Shown here: positions 24,697 through 37,700 of the stretch, in pieces
Layout: each line of letters starts with the position of its first letter
Numbering within the stretch: the first letter of the stretch is position 1
Assembly (NCBI GenBank): GCA_013239625.1
Contig: MU054187.1
Coordinates: 4,661,757 to 4,725,756, forward strand
Direction: 5' to 3'
DNA: 64,000 nt
DNA from: Lama guanicoe
Taxonomy: Eukaryota
The notes under the pieces: generated by a model
Database searches by the model: none
What the model saw: only the letters and a program-made list of their open reading frames with translations
What the model was told of the DNA's origin: nothing
Translations under genes and position numbers: made by a program

Positions 24697-26825
24697 TCAG
24701 TCTTCTCTTACTGCGGTAACCAATTACTACAAATTTAGTGGCTTAAAATAGCGCAGGTTTCTTACTTCTGTAGGCTACACGTCCCACGTGGGCCTCGCGT
24801 CAGTGTCGGCAGGGCTGCATCCCTTTCGGGAGGCTCCGGGGCAGAAGCCTTGCCTTGCCTTCCAGCTCCTAGAGGCCCCCTGCGTCCTTTGGCCTGTGGG
24901 CCCCTCTTCCATCCTCAAAGCTGGCAGCATTGCGTCTCTGACTCTTCGCCGTCATCACCTCCCTCTGACAACAGCCAGGGAAGATTCTCTGCTTTTAAGG
25001 ACTCATGTGATTAGATTAGATCTGCCAGATAATGTAGGATTATCTCCTCATCATAAGGTCTGTAGTAACCTTAACCAATCCCGTAAAGCCCCTTTTGCTG
25101 TGTAAGTGGATGTGTCACAAGCTCCTTCTGGGGGCCCTGGGGGTGAACCTGTTCCTTGCCTCTTCCAGCCTGTCGAGGCTGCTGGCATCCTGTCACCGTG
25201 GCTGTGTCCCTCCGACCTCTGCTTGTCCTGAAGTCTTGTACACCAACTGTGATTCTTCTGCTATCTTCTTAGAAGGAGCCTAGTGACTACATTTGGTTTA
25301 CCTAGATAATCTGGGTTAATCTCATCTCAAAATGCTTAATGTAATCACACCTGCTAAATCTCTTTTACCATGTAAGATAACAAATTCATTGATTTGAGGA
25401 TTAGAACATGAACATCTGGGCGGCCATTCTGTCTACCACAGTCCACTCCTGTCCCAGAGATTCACATTCCAAGTAAAAGTCACCCCATCCAGGGGTGCTC
25501 GAAAGTCTCAGCCCATCAGAACAGCAACTTGAGGTGCAAAATCCTAACTGAATCTCACCAGCGCGGAAGTCCCAAATCTCATTTAAATCATCTGAATCAA
25601 GTAAGAGGGGGATCTGGGTATGATCCCTGGGACACAGTTTCTCTCATCTGTGCACCTGGGAACCTAGAAAACCGCGTATCTGCTCCCACATACGATGGTA
25701 GGAAAGGCATAGAATAGCAGTTACAGTCTTGCTTTAAAAAAAAAAAAAAAAAGAGCCCCCAGGAACCCACCGTCAGATTCCAAAGCCCAGGAGTGAAGGG
25801 TCCTCTGTGGCTCCCACCAGCAGCCTCTCGGCTCGTGGCTTTCTCTCAGAGTTCTCTTCTTTCTCACGAAAGGCAGCACGTGTTTGCAGCTGCGGAGTTT
25901 CATCAGCGTACGTCTTGCCTGTGGAACTGTGGGAGGCCCAGCCATCTTCTTTCACTTCTCACCATCTCTCCCTTTTGGTTTTAAACGACAGTGGCTGCTG
26001 CTGTCAACGCCCTCGAGAAACTTGTGGATCTGCTGTATGTGTTACAGAGATTCTCTCCTTTGTTAGGCCAGAGGCTCCTCCACAGAGCTTTCCTAGATCA
26101 TCCTGCTCTATTTTTGGCTTTTTCTGAGATGACTGAGGGGATCTGTGAGCCACACCCTTAATCTCTCCAAAAAGCCTTCTGTGGGACTGAATTCTCAGAC
26201 ATTTTGTTTCTTGGGTGTTGGCAGCGGTCGGAGGGCCACACTCTGTTTACCTGGGGCAGGTCCTCCTGATAGTGAATCTCTCCATTTTAATGTCTTTTGC
26301 CATTTAGGTAAGCTAAGAATTTCCAAGTCATCAGATCCTGTTTTTTGTTTTTTAAACAGTCCTTCAATTTATCTGTAACCAGGAAGAAGTCAGCAGGCTG
26401 CACCTTCCACACTTTGCTTGGAAATCTCTTCAGTTACATATCTTAATTCTCGCTCTGCCGTTTGCTTTCCACACGGCCACAGTCACAGCTCAGCTAAGCT
26501 TTCTGCCACTGTTCTCGCTGGACTCTTCCTCCAGATTCCGACACCGTGTTGCTCACCTCCTGCTGAGCCCTCGCGGGGCACCTTTAGTGTCCTCACGTCC
26601 ACCAACGGTGTCTGCCCAGCAGCTGAGCTCTTCCCTCCCGTGCCCCGCCCCTCGGAGCCCGCGCCCGCATTAACGCCCGGATGTTAATGCTAACAGTATT
26701 GGAGGCAATCTTGGCGCTCTCGTCTTGCTCCTGGAAGAGTCTTCCAACCTCTCCCCACTGCCCAGTTCCAGAGCCACTTCTGCGTTTTAGGCATTTGTTG
26801 CAGCAGCACCCATTTCCAGGCGACT
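24697..26825 (-). mobile_element. MaLR MLT1-type LTR (~24697-25440) plus MLT1 internal region (~25441-26825)
   Basis: Antisense MLT1 LTR motifs (aattactacaaatttagtggcttaaaa, ggccattctgtctaccaca) followed by internal-type sequence ending cagcacccatttccagg. Confidence 0.7.
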
Positions 26826-27602
26826 GGAAAAGTCTGCTCACTGCCAGTTGACTTGCAGTGCCCAGGGGAGATGTGGACCTCCCTTCTCTGGGGGCTCTGG
26901 TCACTTCAAGGAGCCAGGGGCGTGGACGGTAGGGGTGCCACCAGAGCTGCCACATGACCAAGGTGTCATCTCACCACCACAGAGAAAACTCTCAGAGCTC
27001 TAATATAGAGTAAGAAGAATATTCCTGAGTCTTCTCAGAATAGGGAGCCCTGTTTCTTTCCACTGATTGAAAACAACTAGGAGAAGACAGGAATAACAGT
27101 TCAAAAAGTCAGCTTCTGTTCAAAAAGATTTCCAGGGATAAAACTACGTTTTCAAGAAGGAAGGTCCTATTCCTAGGGAAATAATCTAGTGACATTTAAA
27201 ATAAAAGGTCATCGCCCAGTTTTTGATTAACAAAAAGGAGAAGAAAATTAACCAGACCCTGTAAAGTTATGTGAAATCTTATTCTTGTGGTTTGTTTTTA
27301 TCAGTTGGACAGAGTGCTTATAGACACACAGAAAAACACTGCCGTTTTTGTATAGAGTAGTCTCCCAAAAAGACCTTCCACCAGGAGGGAGGATGAGACA
27401 CCCAGAGGGATGTCCCTTCCTGTGTCCTGCAGTGTTTTGCTTCATCTAGAGTTTTCCTGAATTCTTTTTACTGTTGCAGTCACTGTAACTTTTAGAATTT
27501 ATAATCATCTCAGAAAAGATTGTTACAGTAAGCAGCTAGATCACCATGGTGAGGTCATTGTCTTGCATGACATGTAACCAAAAAGCTTTGTGTCTGCTGA
27601 CC

Positions 27603-27608
27603 AATAAA
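27603..27608 (+). terminator. UBXN2B: Probable distal poly(A) signal of UBXN2B
   Basis: AATAAA followed by T/GT-rich sequence (27640-27680), after a non-repetitive stretch that looks like 3'UTR; implies a 3'UTR of about 3.9 kb. Confidence 0.55.
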
Positions 27609-28049
27609 GAATGTTTTCACTGAAACTCATCTAAGTCCTTTTCAAAATTTCCTTTATTTGCAGTTTGTTTTTTTTTTGCGTGGCTTAATGGCGTATTTTC
27701 AGTGTGAGTAACATTTCCTGTCGTGTATTTTTTTGATGGGCAAAGAAGGAACTGAGTTGTAGCAACGTTACTTCCACTTCCCCTTACGGACTTCGGTTTT
27801 TATCCCACCAAAGTGAAGGTGCAGATTTTCCTCAATGGTTTGCCACAGTGGGTCTCTGAAAACCTTATCACAACAGGTGTCGAGGAAGGGTACCGTGTTT
27901 TCCCCTTGAGCGTTTTGCCCCTGATCACTGATGCAAACAAATATGTGTCCAGTGTCACAAAGGCTGAGAAACACTGTAATCCACCGTCCAATTTTAAAGT
28001 GTCTTTTAACTGCAAGTATTTTGTAGTGGAGCCCCAATGCGTATGTATA

Positions 28050-28053
<4 letters not shown>

Positions 28054-28088
<35 letters not shown>
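28054..28088. repeat. (TG)n microsatellite
   Basis: About 17 TG units, followed by tttgtgcgcgcgtgcgc. Confidence 0.95.
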
Positions 28089-28091
<3 letters not shown>

Positions 28092-28286
28092 TGCGCGCGT
28101 GCGCTGCACATATAAACTGCTCGTGTGACCTAGAACTAACAACTGGCTATAGTCTTAGCTTAATACTTCACAGTTTGGGCTCTTTAGAATTTATAGCTAT
28201 AACCTAGGCCTGAAAACTGGGGAAACACTTTTTTTAGAAAACTTAAACTCAATAATTTATTTTCTTTTGCATAGATATTTCTATAT

Positions 28287-28688
28287 TGTTAAAAACAAGA
28301 GTGTAGGCTCAAAATGGAGCCCCTCAGTGCTGAGCCCCACGTCACCAAACCCTGGCTTGATGTGATTGCCGTTGGGGGCTCTCCCAGAAGTGGAATCCTA
28401 AACCGGTCAGTCAGGAATCCTCCAGGCAGCACTAATGAGGTCATCTGTCTGATGAACCCGCCGCCCACCCCCTAAAGGTCAGTGACTTTGCCATAAACAG
28501 CCCACTGTTTTTCCAGGTATGACTTCCTTGTTCTCACCCTCCAATGCCTGTAGAAAGTAGTAGTTCAGTTTGAACAGGTCCTAGGGGCTCCTTTCTGCTC
28601 GCTAGACTGGACACTGCTCATTTGTGAATCATTCAATAAAGTCAATCAGACCTTTAAAATGTCTTCATTTGAATTTTGATTTTTAGTA
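28287..28688 (+). mobile_element. Probable ERV1-class solo LTR
   Basis: Starts TGTTAAAA; has caaaatggag near the 5' end and AATAAA at ~28635; flanked by putative 4-bp TSD ATAT; 3' end reads TA rather than CA. Confidence 0.55.
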
Positions 28689-28872
28689 ATATGAAGCAGA
28701 GGCTTTGAGAATCCTCCTAGGAGAGCTGCAGCCTTAACACCTCCTGCATACTGACCAGTTGATTTCGGATGACTTCAGAAGAAAAGCTACAGGAAAGAAT
28801 GGGAGTGAGTCAGTGTTGCCAAGTGTAACACACATGTCTTGCTTTCTTTGGGAATAATTGACAGCTTATTAG

Positions 28873-29505
28873 TGTTGCAGAAAAATGTGTTACAACTCAG
28901 TTGTGACAGCAACCTGGATCCCAGCAAGAGACCAAGCAGCACTCAGAGAGTTGGAGAACTCAGGTTTACTAGGCCAGCAGGCCTACAAGGGTTAACACTC
29001 CAAGCTCTCAACCCTTTCTGTGGGTCTACACAGGCCTTTATAGGCTGCCAGTTTTACACTTACAACATCATATGCAAATAAAGTATAACAAAAGTTGAGC
29101 AACCAGGAACAAGCTTTGTAGAAATAGACCAATCAGGAGTGAGAGAAATAACCAATCAGGAGTGAGCTCCATGCAAATGAAGTACTACAAATGGACCAAT
29201 CAGAAGTTAGGGAAGTGGGCCCATCAGAAGTGAGAGTAGTAACCAATCAGGAGTGAAGGAAATAACCAATCAGAAGTTAGGGAAGTGGGCCAATCAGAAG
29301 TGAGAGTAGTAACTAATCAGGAGTGAAGGAAATAACCAATCAGAAGTGAGCTCAGGGAACCAATAGACTTTTAGGGGTAAGTAAGCCGTTTCAGAGGCAA
29401 AAAGTGAGATAGACACTCTGGGCCAGGGAACCTGATGGTGCCTGCAGGAGAGTAGCGGCCCGGCTTGGGGGTCCTACTGGTCTTTTTATGGGGCTTCCCA
29501 CCTCA
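28873..29505 (-). mobile_element. Young solo LTR (633 bp) with CCAAT tandem array
   Basis: Minus strand TG...CA termini; TSD TTAG (28869-28872 / 29506-29509); order CCAAT array, octamer, TATAAA (29037-29042), AGTAAA (28965-28970). Confidence 0.8.
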
Positions 29506-30889
29506 TTAGCACGGCCTTAAAGACTTCACACAGTCAGTAGTGCAGTAGCCTGGCTTCTCTCTGAGTTAAGGTATGTGTGTTAAGGAGGAAACACCAAAGA
29601 AGCCTATGAGATTAAAAGTGTGGGGCGAATGCTGGTTCCTCCCTCAGAAAATTCTCGTCTGTCCTTTACCTCCTTCAGTGTAAACTCGCTTAACACCGAT
29701 ATTTATTTTCAGTGTAGACATCAACACAGTCATATCTGCGACAGTGACTTCCCTTGCTTTAACCCTGGGGACAGAAGCGTACTTAAAATGAGTGTCCTTT
29801 TATTTTGTGCCTGTTTATTTGCTTTTGGGTTTGTATTCTCCTTGTCTGCACAGTGCAACGTTCAGTGTGCTTTTTAGAACGTTGTTAGTTATCAAGGCCC
29901 TGCATGGTGGTTTCTGTATTTAACGTCTTCCCCACATTGTTTTACGTTTTTGTGGGGAAGGCTTGTTTCTTCTAATGTTAACAAATTTTATCATTTTTAT
30001 CCTAGGATCAAGAATGGTAAAAAGTATAATTTTTAGTTTCCTATCAGAGTCTGTGTTGATTAGGAAGTAGCAACCGTAAATACAGGTATTCAGAACATCA
30101 GTTCTGGAATTGATTCACCTTGGAAGTGAACGCATGAACGTAGTTGAATAGGAGTGGGGGTCCGGCCCCCAGCCTGGGATTTTTAACTGGGTCTGGGCTT
30201 TTGAGCACGGGAGGGACTAGGAGGAAGTAACGCCTTGTAGAAAGAAATGTTCATCCTTCCTGCAAGTCAATATCAGAGTTAACATCCTCTCAGGTGAGCT
30301 GGTCGTTTTTATGAACGTAGTGAAATTATATGCAAATAAAAGTTTTATATATGCATGTTATAAATACATGATACAAATACAGAATAATCACACCAAAGCC
30401 GGGAGGTGTTTTGTTTTTTGGTTTTTTTTCCCCCTTGACAACCTTGAAACCCTTTCCCTTGAAAATGATACATGTTTATCATGTCAGTAAATGTGACCGT
30501 TTGAAATACTGCGCAGGGAAGTGTGAAGGGCTATCAGTCTAATCTGACTGCAGTCTTCAGTGTTCAGCACATGAGCGATCCATTCGCGCTAAGGAGCCCC
30601 TGCTTTAGAGGGAACTTGGGTGGAACGTGGATGGAGAGCTCGCCCAGAGCAGGCCTGTGCCAGGCAGGCGGCGTGTTACTGCGATCCGTGTCCCTCTGAG
30701 CTCAGCTTACGTGTGGTTTCCCCAGGAGGCCTCCCCGCTGCCTGCCGTCTGACACCGGCCCCACGGCTCTCTCCGCCCGGCCGCTCTGTTCACTGCAGCA
30801 TTAGCCGTACCCGTATCTCCTGGTCAGTTTGCTTGATTTTATCGCCACCTGCTAGCATTCGAACAGCCTTTCCTGCTCCGCCTATCAAA

Positions 30890-31228
30890 GGCCAGCACTA
30901 AAACAACCTAGTGATCAGTTTGCGGTCGTTTATCCAGGTGGGTTGAGGGTACGGGGCCTCAGCAGCGCTGGGTCCTCCTCCTGAGGCCAAAGGTGAGGTT
31001 TATAGAGGTCGGAAGGGGCAACCTGGAAGCAGGGCCTGATTGGCTAGGAGGTGGGGGTCTCCTTACAAGGCCGGCAGGTCCCGTTTTCTAGGGTGAGTGG
31101 AGGACTGTGATTGGTGGGTATTTGGTTTCCTTGGCAGGTGTTTCCCGTAAGCGCAGGCGGGCTTAGGTTTAGAATTTAAGATGTGGACCAGGCGCCTGGA
31201 GTGGCCTCCATTTTACGGGTCCCCCTAT
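30890..31228 (-). mobile_element. Possible degenerate ERV LTR fragment
   Basis: tttata, ctgattggct, gtgattggt and gcctccatttt motifs in LTR-like order; termini unclear. Confidence 0.3.
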
Positions 31229-33249
31229 ACACCTTAACTTTATCACCCCAGTCTCAGAATGTGAGTTTGTGAGAGCAGGGATTTGTCGGATCTGCTGCTG
31301 TGTCCTAGAGTCTAGACCAGGAACTTACACGTAGGAGTCACTCTGTAAATGGAGTAGTAAGTCAGTGACTTAAGAATGGGACCCTCTGAACATTGGGAGA
31401 ATATATGCACTCACGTTTTAAAAAGGAGAAATTCCAATAGTACCTATAGAGTGGATCCTGGTGATAGAAAACATTTGCACCTTTTGTTCGGTTCAAAGGA
31501 AGGAGGAGGAGAAGAGTGTTCTAGAAGCGGCGGCCTGGACTCCTCCCAGGACTGGGAGCACCTGCACCTGTGAGTGAGCCGTCCTACCTGGCAGTTCCCC
31601 ATGTGGAGCTGGGGGGAAGGGGGCCGAAAAATGCTCTGCTGAGAAGCCTGCGGCAGGTGAGATACCCGGACTGTCTGAACCCCAGGAGCAGGGCTGTGAC
31701 TCTGGGAGTCCAGAGATGAAGAACACTGTTGTGTGAAGACACGGGGGGAACCAGTCAAAGGGCTGAGTCCTGTTGGCTGACTCAGAAGGCACGGGGCTCA
31801 CTCTTCACGTAATCTGATCGCTTATAATACAGTTTTTCTTACAGATTTACCCTCAGAGTTAAAATACTGCTAGCCTTCTAACAGCTATTTAATTTATTCT
31901 ATTAACTTCACATGATTTATTTAAATTTTCAGCTATTGGTATTTCAGTTTTGAATGTAATACCCCATCATCATTTGTTACTTTAATACTGATACTGCAAA
32001 ATGTGAAAGTTAATTTACTGAAATTTAATCACAGTAAATTGGGAGTGTGTGAAAATACCCGTCAACACTCTTGTTAACTGAAAAGCTGCAGTAACTCAGG
32101 TGACACTAGAGGCCTTAACCACACAGCACTCGTGCCTTCGAAATCAAACAAGTTTAAGGAGCTGTTGACTTTGGCTCTCAATTTGGCTGAACTTACGAAG
32201 AAAACTCTCACTAGTCATTATGCATCGTTCTTGTTCTCAAAATTAACCCCGTTACCCAATCTTCCACGCAAGCAAAGAAGGCAGAAATGACCTGGAGTTA
32301 CAGATTTCCAAATAACCTTTATAAACAGACAGGGATCTCTGCAAACATGTATGAGTTTCAGTGTTCTTCTTGGAATTACTTATCAGAAAGAAAATGGTGT
32401 TATAAAACCCTCTTAATTTTCGTATTCCTGAATAGCACCCTTTTGTATAAAAGTGCTCAACAAGTTCTTATTTAATTTGCATAAATTTCTTTTTTTAACG
32501 TAAATACAAATCTTAAGTATATTTGACATGACAAATGGCACTAAATAAAGCTTATAATTGTAAACGAAGTGGGTTCTCTATGTGCAGCCCTTGAAATAAG
32601 AAATGACTTTTAACAGAATTATATCCACGGGTATCTTAATCCTTTGGTTGGTTTTAGATGTAATGAAAACAGCACAGAGGCTAGATTTGATTCCAAGGCC
32701 CAGCCATGGCTCCGTGAGTGTGTGGCGTACGTTCATCTGATCTCTCCCCGGGTGCAGAGGGCCACTAGGTGATTCACAAACTGTGTTTTTTTTCTTTCTC
32801 TAAATTATTTTTTAAAATAAGAGGATCTACCTTAATTTAATCTATTAGTGGAAATAAAATTATAAAAGATGTTTGCATGTCTAGAGGTTTTTCTATTTTA
32901 TGTGAAGTTTTTCATACCTACGAATAGGTCCTCTAATGCCATGTTTAAATGGATGGTTCTCCAATCAAGGGTAAGATTTTACTTAAATAATTGCATTTAA
33001 GTGTATGCAAAAGCATGCTTGGTTAGTTCCTGATTCTTCCTGTTGTAAACAATAGTCAGTGCTTACTTTTACTTATAGGATATCTACCAAAATACCTAAA
33101 AATCTTTGTGCTGTATGGGGTGGGGGGGCTTGGGGGAGTGGTGGTCGGTGCTGGTTTGTTTTCCTTTCAGCACAGAGACTTCACTTCCGTTCTTGGTTCT
33201 CCTGCCTTCCTCTTCTCAGCTGTCTCTTCTCTTTGTTCCCCATATACTT

Positions 33250-33786
33250 CTTTTTTTTTTTTTAATTGAAGTATAGTCAGTTTACAATGTGTCAATTTCT
33301 GGTGTGCAGCCTAATGTCTCAGACATACATATACATACACATATTCATTTTCATGTTATTTTTTCATTATAGGTTACTACAAGGTATTGAATAGAGATCC
33401 CTGTGCTATACGGAAGGAATTTGTTGTTTATCTATTTTGTATATAATAGTTAGTATCTGCAAATCTCAAACTCCCAATTTATCCCTTCCCACCCCTTTCC
33501 CCCTGGTAACCATAGGATTGTTTACTATGTCTGTGAGTCTGTTTGTTTTATAGATAAGTTCATTAATGTCTTCTTTTTTCTTTTTCTTTTCTTTTTCTTT
33601 TTTTTTTTTAGATTCCACATATAAGTGATATCATATGGTATTTTTCTTTCTCTTTCTGGCTTACTTCATTTAGAATGATGATCTCCAGGTCCATCCATGT
33701 TGCTGCAAATGGCATTATTTTTATTCTTTTTTATGACCGAGTAGTATTCCATTGTATAAATATACCACAGCTTCTTTATCTAGTCA
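33250..33786 (-). mobile_element. 5'-truncated lineage-specific L1 with TSD
   Basis: Poly-T tail then aattgaagtatagtcagtttacaatgtg..; TSD tgttcccc(c)atatactt at 33234-33249 and 33787-33803. Confidence 0.88.
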
Positions 33787-34622
33787 TGTTCCCCCATATA
33801 CTTTTAATTATAACTTCCAGACCTTTCTGACTTACTGGGAACTTTCCTTGAAACAGTAAGTCCTTGATCCTAAAATTTGTAGGAAGGAGAGCCCAGTGTG
33901 GAAAGTTGTAGGGTGAGGCCTTCATGAGAAGCCAGAAAATAAAAGAATCAATGTTACCCCATCGTTTGCGGGAAGAGAAAGATTCAGTGACTTGGGAAAA
34001 GTCACAATGTGAGTAGAAATTTTCAGCCTAGTAAGTAATATTCTAAAGGATATTCAGCTCATATGTCAACTCTTAGTTTTGCCACCAGAAACATTCTCAG
34101 GTGAAATTTTAATTTATGATGATTTGGTAATTTTGGTCCCATATAACTTTCTTAGGTGGAATATTCTAATGCAGTTCAACGTTTTGTGATATTTTTCCTC
34201 AATGCTGCCTTCCTAGCAGTTCTACTCCATCAAGAATGATGTAACAGAAAAAGCAGATTATTTGAAAGGTTCTGGCACTATTTCTAGAAGAATACTATGT
34301 CTTAATAAATACAAATATCAAATTAAATAAATATAAATATAATATAAATATATAAATATCAAATTCTTTTTTATATTGATCTAGTGTAAGAATCTAATAT
34401 TCTTATACAACTATAAGCCAGAATATGTTGAAAGAAAGCCAAAAAGATGAATAAACCTAGAACTCTGAAAAGGTCCTAATGTAGCCTTTTAAAAATCTAA
34501 CATATTAAAACATGCAGGGGGAGGGGCAGAGAGAACATGGTCATCTTCAATATAAGAAGAGATTGCTAGAGCAGATGTCATTGCCTGGAAGCATTTAGCA
34601 ATGCCAAAAATGCTCCTGTTGA

Positions 34623-34791
34623 GGGGGAGGTTGTAGTTCAGTGGTAGAGCATGTGGTAGAGCATGCACGAGGTCCTGGGTTCAATCTCCAGTCCTGCGGT
34701 TAAATGAATAAATAATAAAACCAGTTACCTCCCTGTCCCCCCCAAAAAATAAATAAAATAAAACTTTAAAAATAATCAATAGAAACTTTTT
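34623..34791 (+). mobile_element. tRNA-derived SINE (camelid type), long-tailed form with TSD
   Basis: gggggaggttgtagttcagtggtagagc..gcacgaggtcctgggttcaatc; TSD aaaatgct(c/a)ctgttga at 34607-34622 and 34792-34807. Confidence 0.88.
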
Positions 34792-37700
34792 AAAATGCTA
34801 CTGTTGATTAGAATTTAACCTCTTTCACAAAATAACTCGTCTTAAAATGAACAGCCCAAGATGTAAGAGGAGAAAGAATGCCTTCCTACCCACCGAGACC
34901 TATGTGCAGGGGAGGAACCAGGTAGGGTAATAAAACAGGGAGTGAAGGAAAGATTTTTTTCATATGTCGTCATCTGGCAACAAACATCTAAGGCCACGAG
35001 CCCTGTTAATCTTTACAAAGATCAAGGTGTTGCTGATAGTAAAACTGAATCACGTGGTTCCCTCTGACGGGGTGACATTAGGACAGGCATGTGTGGGAAT
35101 CTGGTCACTTAACTGGCATCTCCACCAGAGGGCGTGTGGGCCCTGGGAAAGAGTCTCACCAGGAATTCCCCCCCCCTTAGCTGGTCAGCTGTTTATTTAT
35201 TTACTGCGGTATAGCTGACTTACACTATTATGTTGGTTTCAGGTCGGCAACGTAGTGATTTGGTATTTTAATAAAACAAAGACAGGATGAAAGTCAGTTG
35301 TTAACATAAGAACCAGGAATTACCCAGACGTCACTGCCGTTCAGCACTGCTTTTTTTCTGACCTTTTGCAGGACAGGTAAGGAGTACTTGTCTAATATAA
35401 TTAGTGTTTTTAGAAATGTAACCAAGATATTAAAAGTGTCAATGAATGAGGCCTTTGGGTTTTCAGTAGGATCTTCCCACAAAACATCACCCAGATGTCC
35501 ATTACTTTGGCATCTTGCCCACTGAGCATTCTCCCTGGAAAGCATTTAAAATGCCCCCCAAGGGTCTCACCTCTCTCAGTGAGGCAATCTCCATTATCAT
35601 GCACTGCCACAAAGTGACCCCTTAACTCTCGTTCGCGTGTGTTTCGTTTTGTTTGTTTTTTTACGCCATGTCACATCCCCTCCTGTTTTCTGTGGCTGAG
35701 TTCTAATTACTCAGATTTCAATTCTGAATTCTTATGTCTGCAGTCACCAGCTGTCACCGTCATGAATCTTATTTTGATTGTTACCTTTCCCTCTTACAGA
35801 GATGTGCGTGCACCTTTACAACCAGCGAGTGCACTGGCAGAGATGTGAGCGGCAGAACCGTACAACGAAGATGGAGAGAATTGGCATTAGAGGCAGACGT
35901 CCTAAATTCCCCATCATGCCTCCCCCGCCAGCCAGCTCTGCAGGTACCAACGTCCTCATCTCCAGAAGCAGGAGATTAGAACATGGTCCTTCAGTTCCTA
36001 ATTCTGATGATTTTCTACAAAATTAAGCACTGACCAGTATAGTATGCCTACAGATGTTATGATGGAGGTAAGCACAGACAAATGATATAACTTGATGGAA
36101 ACCAGTAAGTAAATACAGAGAAAATATGGCTTGGGCTGTTTCTGCTCTTCCTTTTAGGTTGCTTTTCTGGGACTGTCGACTGGTAAGGGACTTTTTATTA
36201 AAAACATTTTAGCCTACAAGTATCTATGGAATAGCTGGTAAAGGATAGCATTACCTGATGGTTAACATTAAAGGCAGTGAACATTTTGCAGGCCAGTACA
36301 GTTCTCCTAGGCCCAATGTTTAATAGTCTTTTAAAAAAAATTATGTTAGCATTTAACTGCACAGACCTATTCAGCAAAAATTATGGTGACTTCATAGGAC
36401 ACTAGTCAGCCTTTTGAAAAATGTCTAGTACAATAATGATGTGAAAAAAAAAGTGTGATAAGGAAAAAGTCAAGTTAGATTTGCCATAGGGTTACAGTTT
36501 ACTGAGGGGGAGAAAAAACTGCTTGCCATTTCTATTTCTAGCCCGAATCTTGGCCTCGAATATTCTTCCTGACTGAAAATAGCCAGAGCCCCTGGAAGAA
36601 ATGGCTGACTCCAGCTTCGGAAAAGGGAACTAGACAACAAGCCCCGGTTGTCCGGGGACTCACAGTGAAGATGCTCTCAAAGACCCGTGGGGTCATGTCA
36701 GAAAAACACAAAGGCCAGGCTGACATGGTTCCCACTGGCCTAATTGGGCCCCATTTGAGCCTTAAGATCATAGTTAACTGAAATCCACTGGGTCTGTGAG
36801 ACTTCATGATTGAGTCACTGTCACCTCTTTGTCACCACTTGAGGCAGCCCTCAAGTTGGCTCCTTGCTTTGAAAATTTTATGCATTTATCCTGCCTTTCC
36901 AGGAAGACCTCTGTTTCTAGCACCCAGTAGCCCAGTTGGTAAGTGAACGCTGTACTTTACAGAAGAATTCCAGCTAATAGTTGTCGATGGCGATGGAAAT
37001 ACAAAGCCACCATTTTGTAGTCCCTCAGGAAATCACACACCCAGACAAGGACTGTGAATTGGTATTAAAATTACCGGATGATGGACGGATGGATGGGGAC
37101 GTGAATTTTGTGTGCGGTTTGCCAGAGTAACATCAAAATAGATTGCAGTCATCACAAGGGGGACATCTTTACAGTGGAGGAAGAGAAAAGAGGCTAAAGT
37201 TGTGCAATATGAAGAATCATGCCACCGTCACACTAACTCATTGGCCAAACATAGCGTCACCTGTCGTGGCGAAACAACCAGGTGCTACACGTGCCCCAGA
37301 GGACGGCCCCAGGGTGTGCACATCACCCATGATGTGTTCTCCGCTAAAACGTTTGACTTGAATCTGTCAAGCCTTCAGAGGTCACTTTCAGTTTACAGGA
37401 AACATGCAGAAGAATTAGTTAAAAGCTGCCACAATTCAGACGAATCCAGACAAAATGAGACAAATCCAGGTGATGCGACATTTTACAGGACAGATCAGTG
37501 TCATGAAAAGAAGAGACTCTTCCGGATTAAAGGAGGGGTAGAGGGTACCAGTAGACCAGTGCAGCTTGAACTACACCCTGATTTCGATTAGACCAGCTTC
37601 ACATGATATTTTGAGGGAAACTTGTGAAATGTGGACTTGGTACATTGAAAGTTATGATTAATTTTGTGAAATTAGTTGTTTTTAGTGATTTAGGAAAAAA

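Noticed and set aside
29129..29364. Periodic repeat that could be mistaken for a CRISPR array
   Set aside because: Mammalian DNA, no cas genes, spacers are themselves repeated, and the array lies inside an LTR.
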